Source of the DNA: Octopus vulgaris
Lineage: Eukaryota
Assembly (NCBI GenBank): GCA_951406725.2
Contig: OX597832.1
Coordinates: forward strand, 14,136,001-14,200,000
Direction of reading: 5' to 3'
Length of the DNA stretch: 64,000 nucleotides
The position numbers were made by a program, and so were the translations under genes. How positions within the stretch are numbered: position 1 is the stretch's first letter; each line of letters opens with the position of its first letter. This document shows, piece after piece, positions 1-14,129 of the stretch. The notes below the pieces were generated by a model. The model ran no database searches, was not told where the DNA came from, and saw nothing but the letters and a program-made list of their open reading frames with translations.

Positions 1-44
1 TGCGTGGCTGTGGTAAGAATTATATAATTATATACGTATAATTA

Positions 45-78
<34 letters not shown>

Positions 79-439
79 TAGATAGATAGATAGAGGCAGA
101 GAGACGGAGAGAGATAGATGAGGAAAAGGAAGAGTGGGTACAGGCTTTCTTTGTGTTTTCACTAAACACATCCGCTATTGGTTTGTTTACACTACCTTAA
201 CTTAGATATGATACGTTAGAGATAAGTGACCCTTATCTTACAATGCAGTGTATATGACAGCGGTCTGTAACGTGGGACGTTTTGGCGGTCTTGGATATAG
301 AGTTCATAGCAGCAGAAGAAAGTAAATAAGAAGGAGTTTTACTGAGAATAACAGAATGAAGTACTTGAAATATCACTGATTTCAAAATTGTTTCTGCCAG
401 TATTAATTATATTTATATTATTACCTTGTTATAATGAAG

Positions 440-1240
440 TAATGGGAATGTCTGAGTTTCTTATCAGGTGGTGCATGAAGACATTCGGAATTCCTCATAC
501 AAGATGAGAAAGGGCCAATATTTAATTCAACGAATCAAGAACAAGAAGAGACATCGCGCTACAAAGATTTAGATCAATATCAAGGGTCTCCTCCTACTGA
601 ATATGCATCGTTTATTCTCTGATGTGAAAAACTTCTGCTAGAATGAGATGATGAAAGTTTGGCTTGCCGTGTCACCAAAACATGTACTGGGAGTGAATAT
701 AATCAAACATCCAGTCAACATCATATTGTTTGGAGTCATCACTAGTGATAGCAATATTGTGTCTCTATTGATCTTCCCACACGGCGTGAGATTCAACATT
801 AAGTAACTGGAGAATGTAGTGCTGCCCTGGGTGAAGGGGGTGGCTACCGGAAGGCCCTACGTCTGGCAAGAGGAAACTGCTCCAAGCCACATGCGACCCC
901 ATCACTCTATATATCCTTAGACTGTAATGCCCTTGATTATTATGTGTGACGCGCAATTAAGCGAGAGACCAACAAAACTTTCTAACATAAAAGTTGAAGT
1001 GAAGGCAAGAATTATGGCAGCATTCACCAACTTAATCAAGGACATCGTCCAGAAGTGTTTCAGAATATTCCGAAGTCATCTGGAGGCTGTATATGAAGCT
1101 GATGGTGATTTTATTGAATAAATGTATTTCTTATAAGTTCAAGATATTTTTTTACGTAATTTTGGTAAATATATGTGATGTCAGCGTTACTTTCATTTTT
1201 GCTACATTCATACAATTTATTCACTGTACTTTCTATATAC
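440..1240 (+). mobile_element. Decayed Tc1/mariner (maT/DD37D-like) transposase fragment
   Basis: Frameshifted motifs FSDVKNFC, KHPVNIILFGVITSD and C-terminal KCFRIFRSHLEAVYEADGDFIE; collinear with the reverse-strand copy at 41165-42310. Confidence 0.8.
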
Positions 1241-1624
1241 GACTCAGTGGACAAACGAAAACCGGCACGCAAAACATTTATTGGGAGTTACATGTATGGA
1301 TAAAACATAATTTCATTAAGGTTCGTTGGTACTCCGAGAGTTTCATGCGTGATGCTGGTTTATAGTCATTTTGAATTCGAATTTGAAATTGTGTGTGTGC
1401 AAAATTATTTCGAAAACAGATAATCACTACGTTTCTTTCCCTCGATCTATTTATCTCTCTCACTATCTCCATGTACTTCTGTTTGCTCATGTGTGTGTAT
1501 ATGTGAGCGTGCGTGTATGTATGTGTGTGTGTGTGGGGGGGTTATATATTGATACATACAATCATTACATCAGTAGCCAAAAATGTTGAAATATATGCGT
1601 ATACACGAATCAAAATTATATAAA

Positions 1625-1665
1625 TATATGCATATAAATAAATACATATATATAAACATATATAC

Positions 1666-1727
<62 letters not shown>

Positions 1728-2275
1728 ATATATATTAGTTCTTTTTTCTTTTTTGTATTATTTATGTATTAGCGATCTATACTTCAAGGTATTAAAACAA
1801 GAATATGAGATATAAGACAGACAAGTGAAATGATGGTAAATTTTATTGGAAACACAACAAGTGAAGCGTTCAGTATTGTAATTAGAATCATTGAATGCCA
1901 AGACAGTGATCTATTTGGTTCTTTCCAGTGGCTCGTTTTCACGAAAATTGCCAGAAGTCAAGAGAAATAATTGTATACATATATATTATTCTTTGTGTGA
2001 ATGATTTTTAGCGTGTTTCATATAATTCACCAAACCATTATATTGCTATATTTATACAGATATTAGTGCAACGAGATAGATTGATAGATATATATATAGA
2101 GAGAGAGAAAGAGAGAAAGAGATACATACATACATACATACATACATACGAACATACATATGTATGTATATATACTTACCTACATTCATAGATAATTATA
2201 TATATATATATACTTACCTACATTCATAAATAAATACATATATATATATACATAAATATTTATATATACACAAAC

Positions 2276-2315
<40 letters not shown>

Positions 2316-3043
2316 TTACCTACATTAATAGATAAATACATATATATATATATATATATACATATACATTTACATATACACACACATATAGATATATATA
2401 TTACATTATATTATATTATATTATATTATATTCATATATTTGCATATATACAGATGTGTAGACATATGCATATATATATATATATGTGTGTGTGTGCGTG
2501 TGCGTATCTTTGTCTGTGGCAGTAAATGAATACCTATGTAATAACGCAATTATAATGAGGATATGTGAATGCACGCGTGTATCTGCGCTTATATTGTTCA
2601 ATGAAAATGTATAGTACTGTTTTTACTATTCATTTGCATTTTAGTGTAATCAAACTCAACGACATTTCTATAATTGCGTTTTACGTCTCTCTATTAATTC
2701 CTGAATGTATGATGTGTCACCTGTATTATCGTGAGAGCGTCATCTATGACAACACTTAGACATACAAACATAATAGCATACGTATAACCATGCTTATAAA
2801 GAAAAAATATATGAACATCTACATATATATACATATATACACACACACACACATATATATATGTATACATATATATACATATACACACACACAGATATAT
2901 ATATGTATACATTTATATACATATAAATATATATGTGTATATACATGAATATTTATATATATATATATATATATATATGAGTATAAGTAAGCTTATATGT
3001 ATGCATGTATGTATGGTATCTATGAATCTATCGATCTATCTTT

Positions 3044-3086
<43 letters not shown>

Positions 3087-3165
3087 TACACACACGCACA
3101 TACACTGACACAGACGCACACTGAGACACTTACGCACACATACACACATATTTACATGCACGTAT
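1625..3165. repeat. Compound (TA)n/(TACA)n/(CA)n microsatellite field
   Basis: Directly visible runs; they explain the YIYIYI-type ORFs. Confidence 0.9.
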
Positions 3166-3237
3166 AATGAGCCTACAACATTCTAATATATATGCTGTCG
3201 GAAGAGACTCTTTGAAATAATGACGATGGTGATGATG

Positions 3238-3380
<143 letters not shown>

Positions 3381-5910
3381 GATATTGATATACAAAGCAC
3401 CTGAACAACTAACTGAATCATCTGGAAGGCACTAGGGGAAGACAAGATCCCTAATCTCTGTTCAAAATATCTAACAGGAACACGTCAAACGCCAACTGAG
3501 AAATTTTATGAAATAAATTAAATAGCGGAGACTGAGACAATGCCTGAAGTGCTTACGGGGGGGGGGGGGATGCTATCCTAATTCCCAAATCCACTGTAAC
3601 AGTAAACCCACACAATTACAGGACCGATAACTTGTCACCCTACCACTTACAAGTTATTGCAATAATATTGCAGAAAATGTGCAAACATGTGGAAGAAAAC
3701 AACCAGTTTTCTGAAGAGCAGAAGGGAAGCTCCAAGGGCTTAATCAGATATACATATAAGCTGTTGATGAATAAATACATAAATAAAGGCAACCATAAAA
3801 AAAAGAATGGATCCTAGAATCACTAGCCACGAACAAGGTAACACCCACTATCATAAAATATATAAAACTTACCCTTCATAAATGGCAAAGAGTGCTATAT
3901 TCTGGAAGATCTGAAGCAAACAGTAGTAGGAAACAAAGCAAAAGTGGAAAGAAATGAAAATAGAAAAAAGTCAGTTCAGCCAAAACAAATTTTTGAAGCA
4001 AATCATAAGCCATTTTACGAACTAGATGGGCAAATACCCATACTTTTCTTCAAGAAGTAAGAAAAAATGCTAGATATATACAATCCTCTTAAGTGCGAAA
4101 TAGCCCGGCTATGGAAATATAAATAAGTGAATATGACACCAGATGCAGAGGAAAGCAAACCATTCTGGAGACGGATCTGGGACCATCCTATAGAGCATAA
4201 TCAAGCAGGGTGCTTGCATGAAATCTATGATAGTTTAAGAAATATAGAAGACCAAAGAGAACTAAATAATAGATGAAAATACAGCTAAGAAAATTCTCAA
4301 TTTGGAAGAGACCAGAACCGAGGTTCCAAGGTTATTGGATGAAGAAGTTAAGATGGTTCCTTGCAAGAAGGTGCAGTACCCAGCTGTATGACAAAGAGAA
4401 AGATCGTGAAATGGGGAATCCTGCATCCAACTTTAGACCAATAACATGCCTTGTGCTAATGTGGAAACTAATGTCAGGTGATTTTGCCGGTGAACTATAC
4501 AGAAAGTAGGAAAAAAGTCGGCTGCTACATATTGAACGGAAAGGGTGCTGGAAAAGGAGCAGTGGAACGAAGGATAAGTTCTTAGTTGTTATTCTAATTA
4601 TCAAGAACTGCAAGCGAAGATATACACACCTACGCATGCCATAGGTAAATATTGCAAAGAAAACGATATGATACCACACTCCTGGATAATAAGAACAATG
4701 GAAATATATGAAGTAGCAGAGTATATGAGTAACCTAACATGGAATAGCATGACATGCTGGAAAACGGAATTGACATCCTGAAATAAGTACTAGGTGAGGT
4801 GAATATCAAGAGTGGAATCCTTCAGTGGGAGTGTGTGTCCCACTGATATTCGTGCTAGGATATATTCGTGATATTCATGATGAAAATACTACAGAAAAAA
4901 AAACTGGCGTATGATCTTGGAAGCAGTAAATAAAAACTAGACCACTTGCTGTTCATGGGAAACCTGAAGCTATTCACAAAAGACTAAGGCAAAACTGGAC
5001 AACCAAGTCCAATGATAATAAGAAGGAGTTTGGACAATCAAAATGTCCTCCGATATGGATGAGACAAAGAAAGCTTGCCAGGACAGAAAGCATATGTTTG
5101 CCAAGTGGGTAAATGATGACGGCAATTGAACCTCAATCCAGTTATAAATACCTGGGAATCCACGAACTTGATGGTCCATCCACGAATTTGATGGTCAACT
5201 TTATGAATGAATGTAACTGCTGTGTCGAATCTTCAATAGAGTGGATTAAATCATTGCCCATATTACGAACGAATGCCCTAGTCTTGCTCCAAACCACTAC
5301 ACGTTGTGACGACACGACCAGACAAGCAAAGTGCTCCATTGGAAACTGCGAACTGTTGAGTCTAGACAGAGGCAAGGCGGAGGACTAGCACCAATCGCAG
5401 AGAACGGCATTGTCGTACACTAGCAAAATCCTCTGGGATTTCCTCATCCAAACAGGTGTTAGAGCATAACAGAGCGGTCCTACTGTTGGAGCACCAGGTA
5501 CCCCTCATAAACTATATAGTTGATGCTGTATTTCACGTTCACCCACGAATAGTCAAGAAAGAAGACAAAAAGATACATAGATGCAATACTCTTAAGTACG
5601 AAATACCACGGCTATGGAACAAAAAAGAAAGTGAAGATAGCGCTAATTATTGTTGGGTCCTTCGGAACAGTATTAGAAGGCATCAAGTGGAATATAAAGA
5701 AAATTAGAAAAGAGTTCCCAGTAGAACTGTTACAAAAGTTTTGCCCCCTCGACACGGCCAGAATAATTAGCAAAGTACTAGATAACAGAAAAGAACGAGT
5801 ATCATGGTACCGTACGCTGTAGGGAGTACGCCCACTACGCAAACAAGACACCAGGAGATTCAACAAGACCTGTGATAAAGAGAAAAATAATAACAGTAAT
5901 AATAATAATG
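3381..5910 (+). mobile_element. Decayed, mosaic R4/Dong-clade non-LTR retrotransposon (RT + REL endonuclease)
   Basis: RT motifs NPASNFRPITCLVLMWKL, KGCWKRSSGTKDK, DHLLFMGNLKLF, YKYLGIHE; REL region KILWDFLIQT..EHNR, LKYEIPRLW, IIVGSFGTV, LLQKFCPLDTARIISKVL; short (AAT) tail at ~5886-5909. Many stops and frameshifts. Confidence 0.85.
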
Positions 5911-6809
5911 TATAAGCACATGCGTATGTATCTCACTGTCTCTGTTTTTCTGTCTCATCTCCTATCACTCAGAATTTGAGCCACATAATTTGAGCAAAAT
6001 CTATAGCGATGACATATACGATGCTTGAATGATATATGAATATATACATAAATACACACGTATATATACGTACGCACTCATACGTAGACACTCATTCTGT
6101 ATGCTCTAGCATTCGTGGATACACACATATACACAAAAACACAAAAGCACACACACAAATACACTATACTCATAAACTCGTACACATTTATTCACAAATA
6201 TATACATGCCTACATGCAATTGAAGATTGTTGTGGAAAAGTTTATTATTTTGTACAGCGTGAGACGAAAGAAAATTATGTCGACACATAGAGGATTCTTT
6301 ATAGTTGAGAGTAGTAATTTTCGGGAAAGAAAACTTAATATATGTCAATGTTGTATCACGTACATAATCACAAAATCCACTTGGTAACACTTTTTTGATA
6401 GCGAAAATGTTTTCCTAAACACATCCACACATTTAATCTTTTATTTTTCACTTGCAATAGATGGAAACTGACAAGTTCTTCATTCTTGGCACTGTATATA
6501 ATTATTACTCTATTAATTCAACTGAGATCTGATGGACAGTTGGCTATCTACACTGCTTCGATTTTCTTTGCCAAATTCGGTCCTCAACCTCTTATCAATA
6601 TATTGGTTGATGTCTTTCTCAACATCAGTTTCTCTATGAAAACACAAAGACATACGCATATACACATATACATAACATCTGTCTGTTCGTACATACTTGC
6701 ACATATAGAAACACTCGCACAGTCACATATTTACACACACACAGATACGCATATGCGTGCGCTCTCATATGTAGATTATAATTTACAGAATAATATTAGA
6801 CGTAGACAG

Positions 6810-7240
6810 TACCTAGATAGAATGGATATAATGAAATTGCAAAGACGGACACTGGATATATTTGGGAATGTTTTCCAACACTATGTCATTTTCATCAGGG
6901 CCAGATGATGTTGTTATTCTTGACACTTTACAAAACTCACCTGACAGTACAATTAACATTGTTCTTATAATTTGGTCGGAACCACTGAACATACCAATAT
7001 TCTTCAACTCATTCCCACCTCCCATCAAATTACCGATGTACTAGCATGAATTTGTCTCAATGGCACACCATACTCTTGCCTAAGAGCAAGCTGCATTATA
7101 TTAATGCATTTCCAACAGTTACTATTACCGCTTTCGATTTAAGGATTTGGCTATGCTCATGCCAATCATACTCTGATATTTCTACAAGACATAGCCATTC
7201 TCTTCATTTAGACTGTCCAATAACCCCCAGGTAATTGCAC
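6810..7240 (-). mobile_element. Possible CR1/L2-type LINE ORF2 relic
   Basis: Only the SSGPD motif in the ORF at 6813-7028 (GEFCKVSRITTSSGPDENDIVLE), resembling the pre-RT K.SGPD motif. Confidence 0.3.
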
Positions 7241-7649
7241 TAAATACTACTCAGTCTCACAACTACTAGAGTAGATGAGAGTTGTCAATATCGTATGTGT
7301 AGGATATTTTGCAAATGTCTACATCCATATTCAAGAAGTGCAATAAATAAAGTAACTGAAGGAAAATAAAATTAGCCCAGTTTTCATTGTCTTAAATGTT
7401 GATAGAAAGTTAGGCCGTCTTAAAGTAAATGCGATTCGGATAAAATATTTCTACCGAACACATTGGTTTTATCAACTTTCTGATTTCTGCTTGTTCAGGC
7501 TCGCATAGGTGGAATATACTGTGTAGATTAGATTGATGCCTAGATGAAAATGTTTTGGATATACATACCGTTACACTGAGACACGCACGATAATCTACAA
7601 GAGACTATTATGACTGATATAAGCTAAATACATTTATTAATTTATTAAT

Positions 7650-7945
7650 AGGCACAGGCGTGGATGCGTGTTATGTTTCTTACGTACATAATTCCGGGTT
7701 CAGTTCTACTGCGTTGTTCCATGGGCTAGTGCCTTCTCGACGGACCGAAGTTATGTGAGTGGATTTCGTAGACAGAAACTGAAAGAAACCCGTCTGTATT
7801 TCTCCCCTACCACTGCTTGAGAACTGGTGTTTGTGTGTTTTCGCCAGTGTAACTTTGTGGTTCCGCAAAAGAGCTCGATAGATTAAGAACAAGGCTTTAA
7901 AGAAATTAGAATTGTGGTGGATACATTCGAATAAATATTGCTTAG
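7650..7945 (+). mobile_element. tRNA-derived SINE, family B (CORE-like), degenerate
   Basis: ttccgggttcagttctactgcg...gtgagtggatttcgtagacagaaactgaaagaaacccgtc matches the reverse complement of 38693-39135. Confidence 0.75.
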
Positions 7946-8089
7946 AGTTAGATAAAAACAAACACTCTCCCTCTATCACTCCGTCTGTCTGTCAGTCTCT
8001 CTCTCACACACAGGCACATATATACAAATATATATGTGGGTATGCGTGTGTGTGCATGTGTGTGTGCGTGCGTGATCGTGTATGCGTAT

Positions 8090-8240
8090 GATGGATTTCC
8101 ACATATTGTCTACAAAATACATTCACGAAAGATCAGTCGGCTTGGAGCAGAGGTAGAGGTCACTTCACTAAGGTGTCACGCGGTGACCCTGAATCCGATA
8201 CCACACGGTTGAAAATCAATAATCATAACCCCGGAAGCAA
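8090..8240 (-). mobile_element. SINE family B fragment
   Basis: Weak similarity to 38975-39135 (gacacttgcccaaggtgccacgc-like segment). Confidence 0.5.
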
Positions 8241-8459
8241 ATCTGAATTAGCATACATCCTTGTCATTACATTTATATGATTATCGACGTTGGCTGTGAT
8301 ATTTCGTGTAAAGTACCAACTCAAAACGAATGCGTCCTCTATGTTTTACACTTTTTATGTTGGAACTTGGACCAGTGATTTCTAGAACTTTATAGTAAAC
8401 ATTTACTCGCAATGGTTACATTTCATTCCATATACCTCTATACTGCCTTCACATAAATA

Positions 8460-8745
8460 ATGCTTTCAACTTTTGGCACAAGAACGGTACTTTTGTGGAA
8501 GGGGATAAACTGGTTCTTATGTTATCGACGCCGAAAGATGAAAGGCAAAGTCAACTCCGGTGTCGTGTATACTCAGAATGTAAGTCAGACGAAATACTAC
8601 TATGCATTTTAACCGGTGTGCTAACAATTCTGCTAGGTAGCAGCTTTCTGTCGATTGAATTGTCATTTCTACTATAGACACAGGGCCTGAAATTTTGGTG
8701 GAGGGTTCTAGCTGATTACATCAAAATCAGTGTTTCACTGGTAAT
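8460..8745 (-). mobile_element. SINE family A (Meta-core-like) degenerate fragments
   Basis: ttatcgacgccgaaagatgaaaggcaaagtcaactccgg...gacgaaatac...gtgctaacaattctgc is the reverse complement of the 9015 copy. Confidence 0.7.
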
Positions 8746-9014
8746 TCTGACTATTAAATGATAACAGGTTCTTGCCATTGCGCCAAAGCAATAAATCAAA
8801 ATTGAATACGTTGCCAGATAACATATATTCATAGATGATGACGCTACGAGAGCTCGATTAAAAAAAAATATATTTAAAATCAAATGTAATTCATATAAAC
8901 ACGATTGGTTAGGTGAAAGTATATTATCCTAGGTGTTCTGATATGTCCAAGTATTTAGGACGCCATTTCAAAAACGGTATTTATTTCTGCATTTATTTAT
9001 TTAAGTATTTATTT

Positions 9015-9243
9015 AAGGCGGCGAGCTGGCATAAACGTTAGCACGCCGGGCGAAATGCATAGCCGTATTTCGTCTGCCGTTAGGTTTTGAGTTCAAATTC
9101 CGCCAAGGCCGACTTGGCCTTTCATCCTTTCGGGGTCGATAAATTACGTACCAGTTACGCACTGGGGTCGATGTAATCGACTTAAACCGTTTGTCCTTGT
9201 TTGTCCTCTCTGTGTTTGTCCCCTTGTGGGTAGTAAAGAAATA
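9015..9243 (+). mobile_element. Full-length SINE family A (tRNA head + Meta-core-like domain)
   Basis: A-box-like agctggcataaacgtt, B-box gagttcaaattcc, core gcctttcatcctttcggggtcgataaa..gtaccag; flanking direct repeat ggtatttatttctgcat (8976-8992 / 9244-9260). Confidence 0.9.
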
Positions 9244-10089
9244 GGTATTTATTTCTGCATATAGAAGATTCTCCTAGTCACTAGTCACTAGGCGCGAAGT
9301 CAACGAACCGTGAAGAAAATTTGCGGATACTGTCGTCTCCACAGCGTATTCATTCCTCTATGGTACACTGCAAGAAGATGGCAGAATTCACCCATCAAAC
9401 TATCCCAAATCGTGCAGTTGTGCAATATATGGTTCAAATTATTGCGAGAGAAGTATAGTATATACCAGCATTCTATGTAATGACTTATGAGTCTTTATTC
9501 TGTTCGTTTATTCCAACAGATGTTCTAATATAAATATGTGCAATGCGTCCTGCCAAATCGAACGTATTGATGCTATCACGCTATATTGCTCATGCAAACG
9601 CCCTGATTGAGTTTTCCTTTTGTTTTTCATGGATCGATAAATCGAAATGCCGTTAATATACTGAGGTCAAATCAATAGACCACGACCCGTACTTTTTTTC
9701 TTAATAAAACACGGTTTGCGAATGATAAAGAAAATAAGAACAAAATATATAAGCGAAAAATCAATATTTTTCTTAGTGTTTCATAGCGTTGAGACAGAAA
9801 ACAGAGCTAATCTTAACAGTCGTCTCTTAATTTATCATCTGTTCTTTAACTGAATGAACATGAAACTCTGCTTATTCATTTTCACAATTTCTTTTACTAT
9901 TTATTGTAGATATTTTTGTGTCATTTACCATCTAATTCACACACATGAAAGTATAAAGGGTCGCATGCATACGAAAATAAACACACACACTCGCACATAC
10001 GCATAGCCCATATATACGTGTGTGTATGTGTCTGTGTGGATGTGTGTGCGTTTGTATGTTGGTGTATGTGTGTATGTAAATAGATAAAT

Positions 10090-10198
10090 ATGGTATATAT
10101 ATATATATATATATATAAATATATATATATATACAATGTATATATATATATTTGCACATAGAATCACGCATACATAAGGCAACTATATGCATATATGA

Positions 10199-10241
<43 letters not shown>

Positions 10242-10301
10242 TATATATATATATTGACAACATATATATATATATTTTTTCATATATGTATACACACGCA
10301 C

Positions 10302-10381
<80 letters not shown>

Positions 10382-10425
10382 TAGATAGATAGATATATAT
10401 ATATACACATACATACATACATCAA
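10090..10425. repeat. (TA)n/(TAGA)n microsatellite
   Basis: Directly visible. Confidence 0.95.
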
Positions 10426-11074
10426 CACAGAGACACGCACACACCGATTCCTATCCTCATTCAGAAGTTTATATGAGGATTGCCTCCCTTTTTAAGTATC
10501 CATACTCCCTTCTTCCTGTATCACTAATCCCATTAAACATAAACGCAATCTCTATTATTTTCCAATTTTCCCCAGCAATAAATTTTAACTGTCAAGTTTC
10601 TGAACAACATATTAACTTATTGTTCTACTTTCATTGTTTTAAAATTGTCGTTTTTTTTCGCTTTTTTTTTTTCTGTTACTATCTTTTATTCCTATAGTTT
10701 TTTATCTTCGCTTTCTATCTTTTCATTATATATTTTTTAATATTCTTTTTCTATTTCTTAGTTTTGAAATTTCGAATTGATATTCTTTTCACTTTTTTTT
10801 TTGCCGTTGCCATTTTATTTACCGATATCATTTTCTTTCTTTTTTTTAATATGTTTCCTCTTTTTTTTTTCACTTCGTCTACTTCAACCAGTTTTACGCC
10901 ATTTTCTGTCCTTTTATTGTTGTTTCAGTTCATTTAATTTTTCTAAATATACTGTTAATTATTTATTTATTTTCTATGTATTTTCTTATATATCCTCTAC
11001 AACAATAAATACGAGTACTACTTCTGCATCAAACGCAACGTCTATGACTACAACTAACGCCGGCAACACCATCA

Positions 11075-11097
11075 TGACTACTACCACAACCACCACC

Positions 11098-11146
<49 letters not shown>

Positions 11147-11170
11147 TCACCACCACCAACACCACTACAT
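11075..11170 (+). repeat. (ACC)n/(ACT)n compound trinucleotide repeat
   Basis: Directly visible; source of the poly-T/poly-V ORFs. Confidence 0.95.
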
Positions 11171-11289
11171 CACGAACACCACTGCTACTATTTTCCTTAT
11201 TGGCCACAAAATCTAAGGGACATATGGAGCCTAGGCAAATATACGTTCACACAATTACAATGGAAACCAGTATTATAAGAAAGTGTACC

Positions 11290-12290
11290 AAAGAGCGGTG
11301 ATTTTGACCATGGGACAACCAAGGAAGCCTATATATTCTGGTCACTATCACCACCAATATCACTTCAGGTCGCAACTCTCTCCTCATCGTGCCATCCGGT
11401 CTATAGGTTTATGTTCAGACTAGGCCTATTCACATGGTTCATTCTCACTATATTCACCCACTTTTAGACATATATACTGGAGCGAGCACTTACCACTCTT
11501 ACCTCAGCTTCCTTTTCATGTTTAACTTGAAAAGTTTTTCTAGGGTATGGCCGAAGAAGGAAGTGTGTGTCTTAAGTCATTTCAAACTCATCCACCACAC
11601 AACCTCTTTCGTCATAGCTTCTAGACAGAGAAAAGTGTCTTTCCTTAACAGTCAGAAGAAGGCTGCGGGGCAACCAACATTAAACATTTTATTCTTAACC
11701 AGATCCGACCTGCACGCCCCAACACTTGTTCAAATCCTGCCGGTACAGTGATTTCGGAGGCATTTCTTCAACCTGCATATGTCTCACACATGTCCGTATG
11801 ACAGAAGTTTGGTACCTATAGAATTTGTTCCGAAAATGAATATCCCCGCCGCCACGCTAGCATTGCAAGTCCAAGAAATTTGGGAAAATATCCATGGGTC
11901 TGAGGTCAAAATTTATCGGGAAAGGACAAGACGATAAAACTCTTGGCCGTCACTTATTCCATAGGGAACTCCAGTGTGTAAATTCCAAAATCTTCAGTTC
12001 CAGACTGGAGAAGACAGTCTTCGTTTGCTCACACTAACAGACGGCAAGCACACTTTTTCTGTCTCCTCTTAAACCGGGAACCTGGTTCTCTTTATGAGGC
12101 ACGCTGCGGAAACTCCTGTCTGTAAAATGGCCAGAATTCCGATACTATTATAATGAAGTACGAAGGCCTACACCAACCTACTGCATCCAGTTTCATGCGA
12201 GATGTCTCTTGAAGCCTCCAGATTCCGTACCAATGTCTAGTACAAAAGAAGCAAACTTTGGGGATACTTCACGAACCGAACGTTCGTTAT
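11290..12290 (-). mobile_element. Possible LINE ORF1 (gag-like) relic
   Basis: Higher-GC tract; the reverse strand near 11700-11735 reads NKCWACRS, like the start of a CCHC zinc knuckle. Otherwise unreadable. Confidence 0.25.
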
Positions 12291-13038
12291 TATATGATTC
12301 TGATATGTGGGTATTCACCGCAGATCAGATGTCGCTGTATATCGTTTATTGATACTAATATTGCTGCTGCTGCAGTTGCTACATCTCCACCTCCTTTTTT
12401 TTTCCTGCTCTACTCTCTCCCCTTATTCCACTACTACTGTTGCTGAAGCTGCTTCTCCCAATCTTCCTGCAATTCCCTATATTATTTAATCTTTTCTTTT
12501 TTTATTTGTTTCTTTCCCATTCGCAGCTTTCATCTATCTTCAACTCCATACATGTTATAACAATATGCTGCAGCGACAAGATCTTCAGGTTTCCGAACCA
12601 TATGTCTTTTTATAACTTATATTATTCATTTCGAAATCCTATTTTCATTCCTGTATTTCACTTTGAAATATTAGCAAATGTGAATTGTGAAACATATCTC
12701 TCGTGTCGTCGATGGCGCCGATACGTTTCATACTTTTGATTTTAACTTTGATTTATGCCAGATCAACTCTGTTTGAGTATATTACTTTTTGATAAATTTT
12801 CAGACCTTAAACTTATTTTTATTTTTTAGGCAGGAGTTGTCTAACGTGTCATTTTAGGTCAATAGTGTGAAGATCTCATGGCTAATTTTAACTGATTGCT
12901 CGAGAGAGTAGGCTCTCATTCGCTGTTTGAAAAATGTTTCCGTAATTTAGATGACTTAATTGATTCAATACATTTAGTAAATTGGCAACATAAAAAATCA
13001 CCAAATCAACAAGAAATACTATGACAAATATATATATA

Positions 13039-13076
<38 letters not shown>

Positions 13077-13369
13077 CGCAGCATAAATCACTTCTTTCGT
13101 TTTTCTACGAAATTAATTTACATATCACATTTGGGCTTTCTTACTCACCTATCTTAGTAAATGATGTTTGCTGCGTTAGAGCAAAGCCATAATTAAATCA
13201 TTGGCTGCAAGTAATGCACACAAAGACAAAGTTATACAATGATGTTTATCTCTTCGGAGACACATTTTCAATACGAAAGATTTTCAAATAATAAATGTAG
13301 TATATAGACAAACCGAGGTAATTCGTATTTCGCCGAGAAGTTACTTGACCACATTTAGTTGTAGATAAT

Positions 13370-14000
13370 CTTCAACCAATCAATAAATGCTTCCTGTTGT
13401 TCAATGCTTGAACAAGTGCCTGAAAGGAAAAGAAAAAATCCCAAAACAGCCTGAGGTGTTGGATGATGTAATTCTTTGAACGAGCGAAGGACTTTAGTTC
13501 GTAGATAGAACAATTTGTTGATTACACATTCCAATCTGTAATCAGTAACAGGACAATCAGATTGTATGTGGAAAAATATTAAATTTTATAGGGCATCATA
13601 TAGTCCTCTCCACATCTTATATTATACCATCTACTTAATGTCTTCGAGAAAATAAAGACTGATATACTCTTGCCATCAAACTGATCAGTAACATTCTTTG
13701 AATGCATTTTATTTTGGGTTATCAAGAAAATATTTAAAGCTTAAAATTTGTGCAAACTAACTTGAACCACTTCTAACGTGTTCTGGCGTCTACCACGAGT
13801 ATGAGCTTTGAAGTAATGTATCAAGTGCTCTGTTAAGTCATTTCCGAGACTCAGTCAATATTCCTTCCAATATGTCCTTTGGTACTCTTTTTTCTGGTAC
13901 TGATTTGAGCACTGTTTAATTTTTATCAATACTTTTGTACAAGGATTTGAGATCTGTGACAACTTGTTTTCTTCATAGAATAGCTGGGATTTTCCAAACG
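13370..14000 (-). mobile_element. Highly decayed R4/Dong-like RT N-terminal fragment
   Basis: Reverse strand gives QLFYEEN..YWK..PVTDYR..EQQE in the order expected for the pre-RT/RT1-2 region. Confidence 0.4.
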
Positions 14001-14129
14001 TATGTATTATTTTTCAAATCTTTCATATTTTTTAAAAATATAATTGGCTTGTTATTTTATTTTTTCCTGTAGTTTTCCATTCTATTTATTGTCCTTCGGT
14101 AGCATTGTATTGTCATTGATTTAATATTA

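Noticed and set aside
13345-13445. Strong minus-strand acceptor (ttttcctttcag|g) followed by GTCSSIEQQEAFIDWLKIIYN*
   Set aside because: Stops quickly and lies within an apparent decayed R4-type RT relic; not supported as a host exon.
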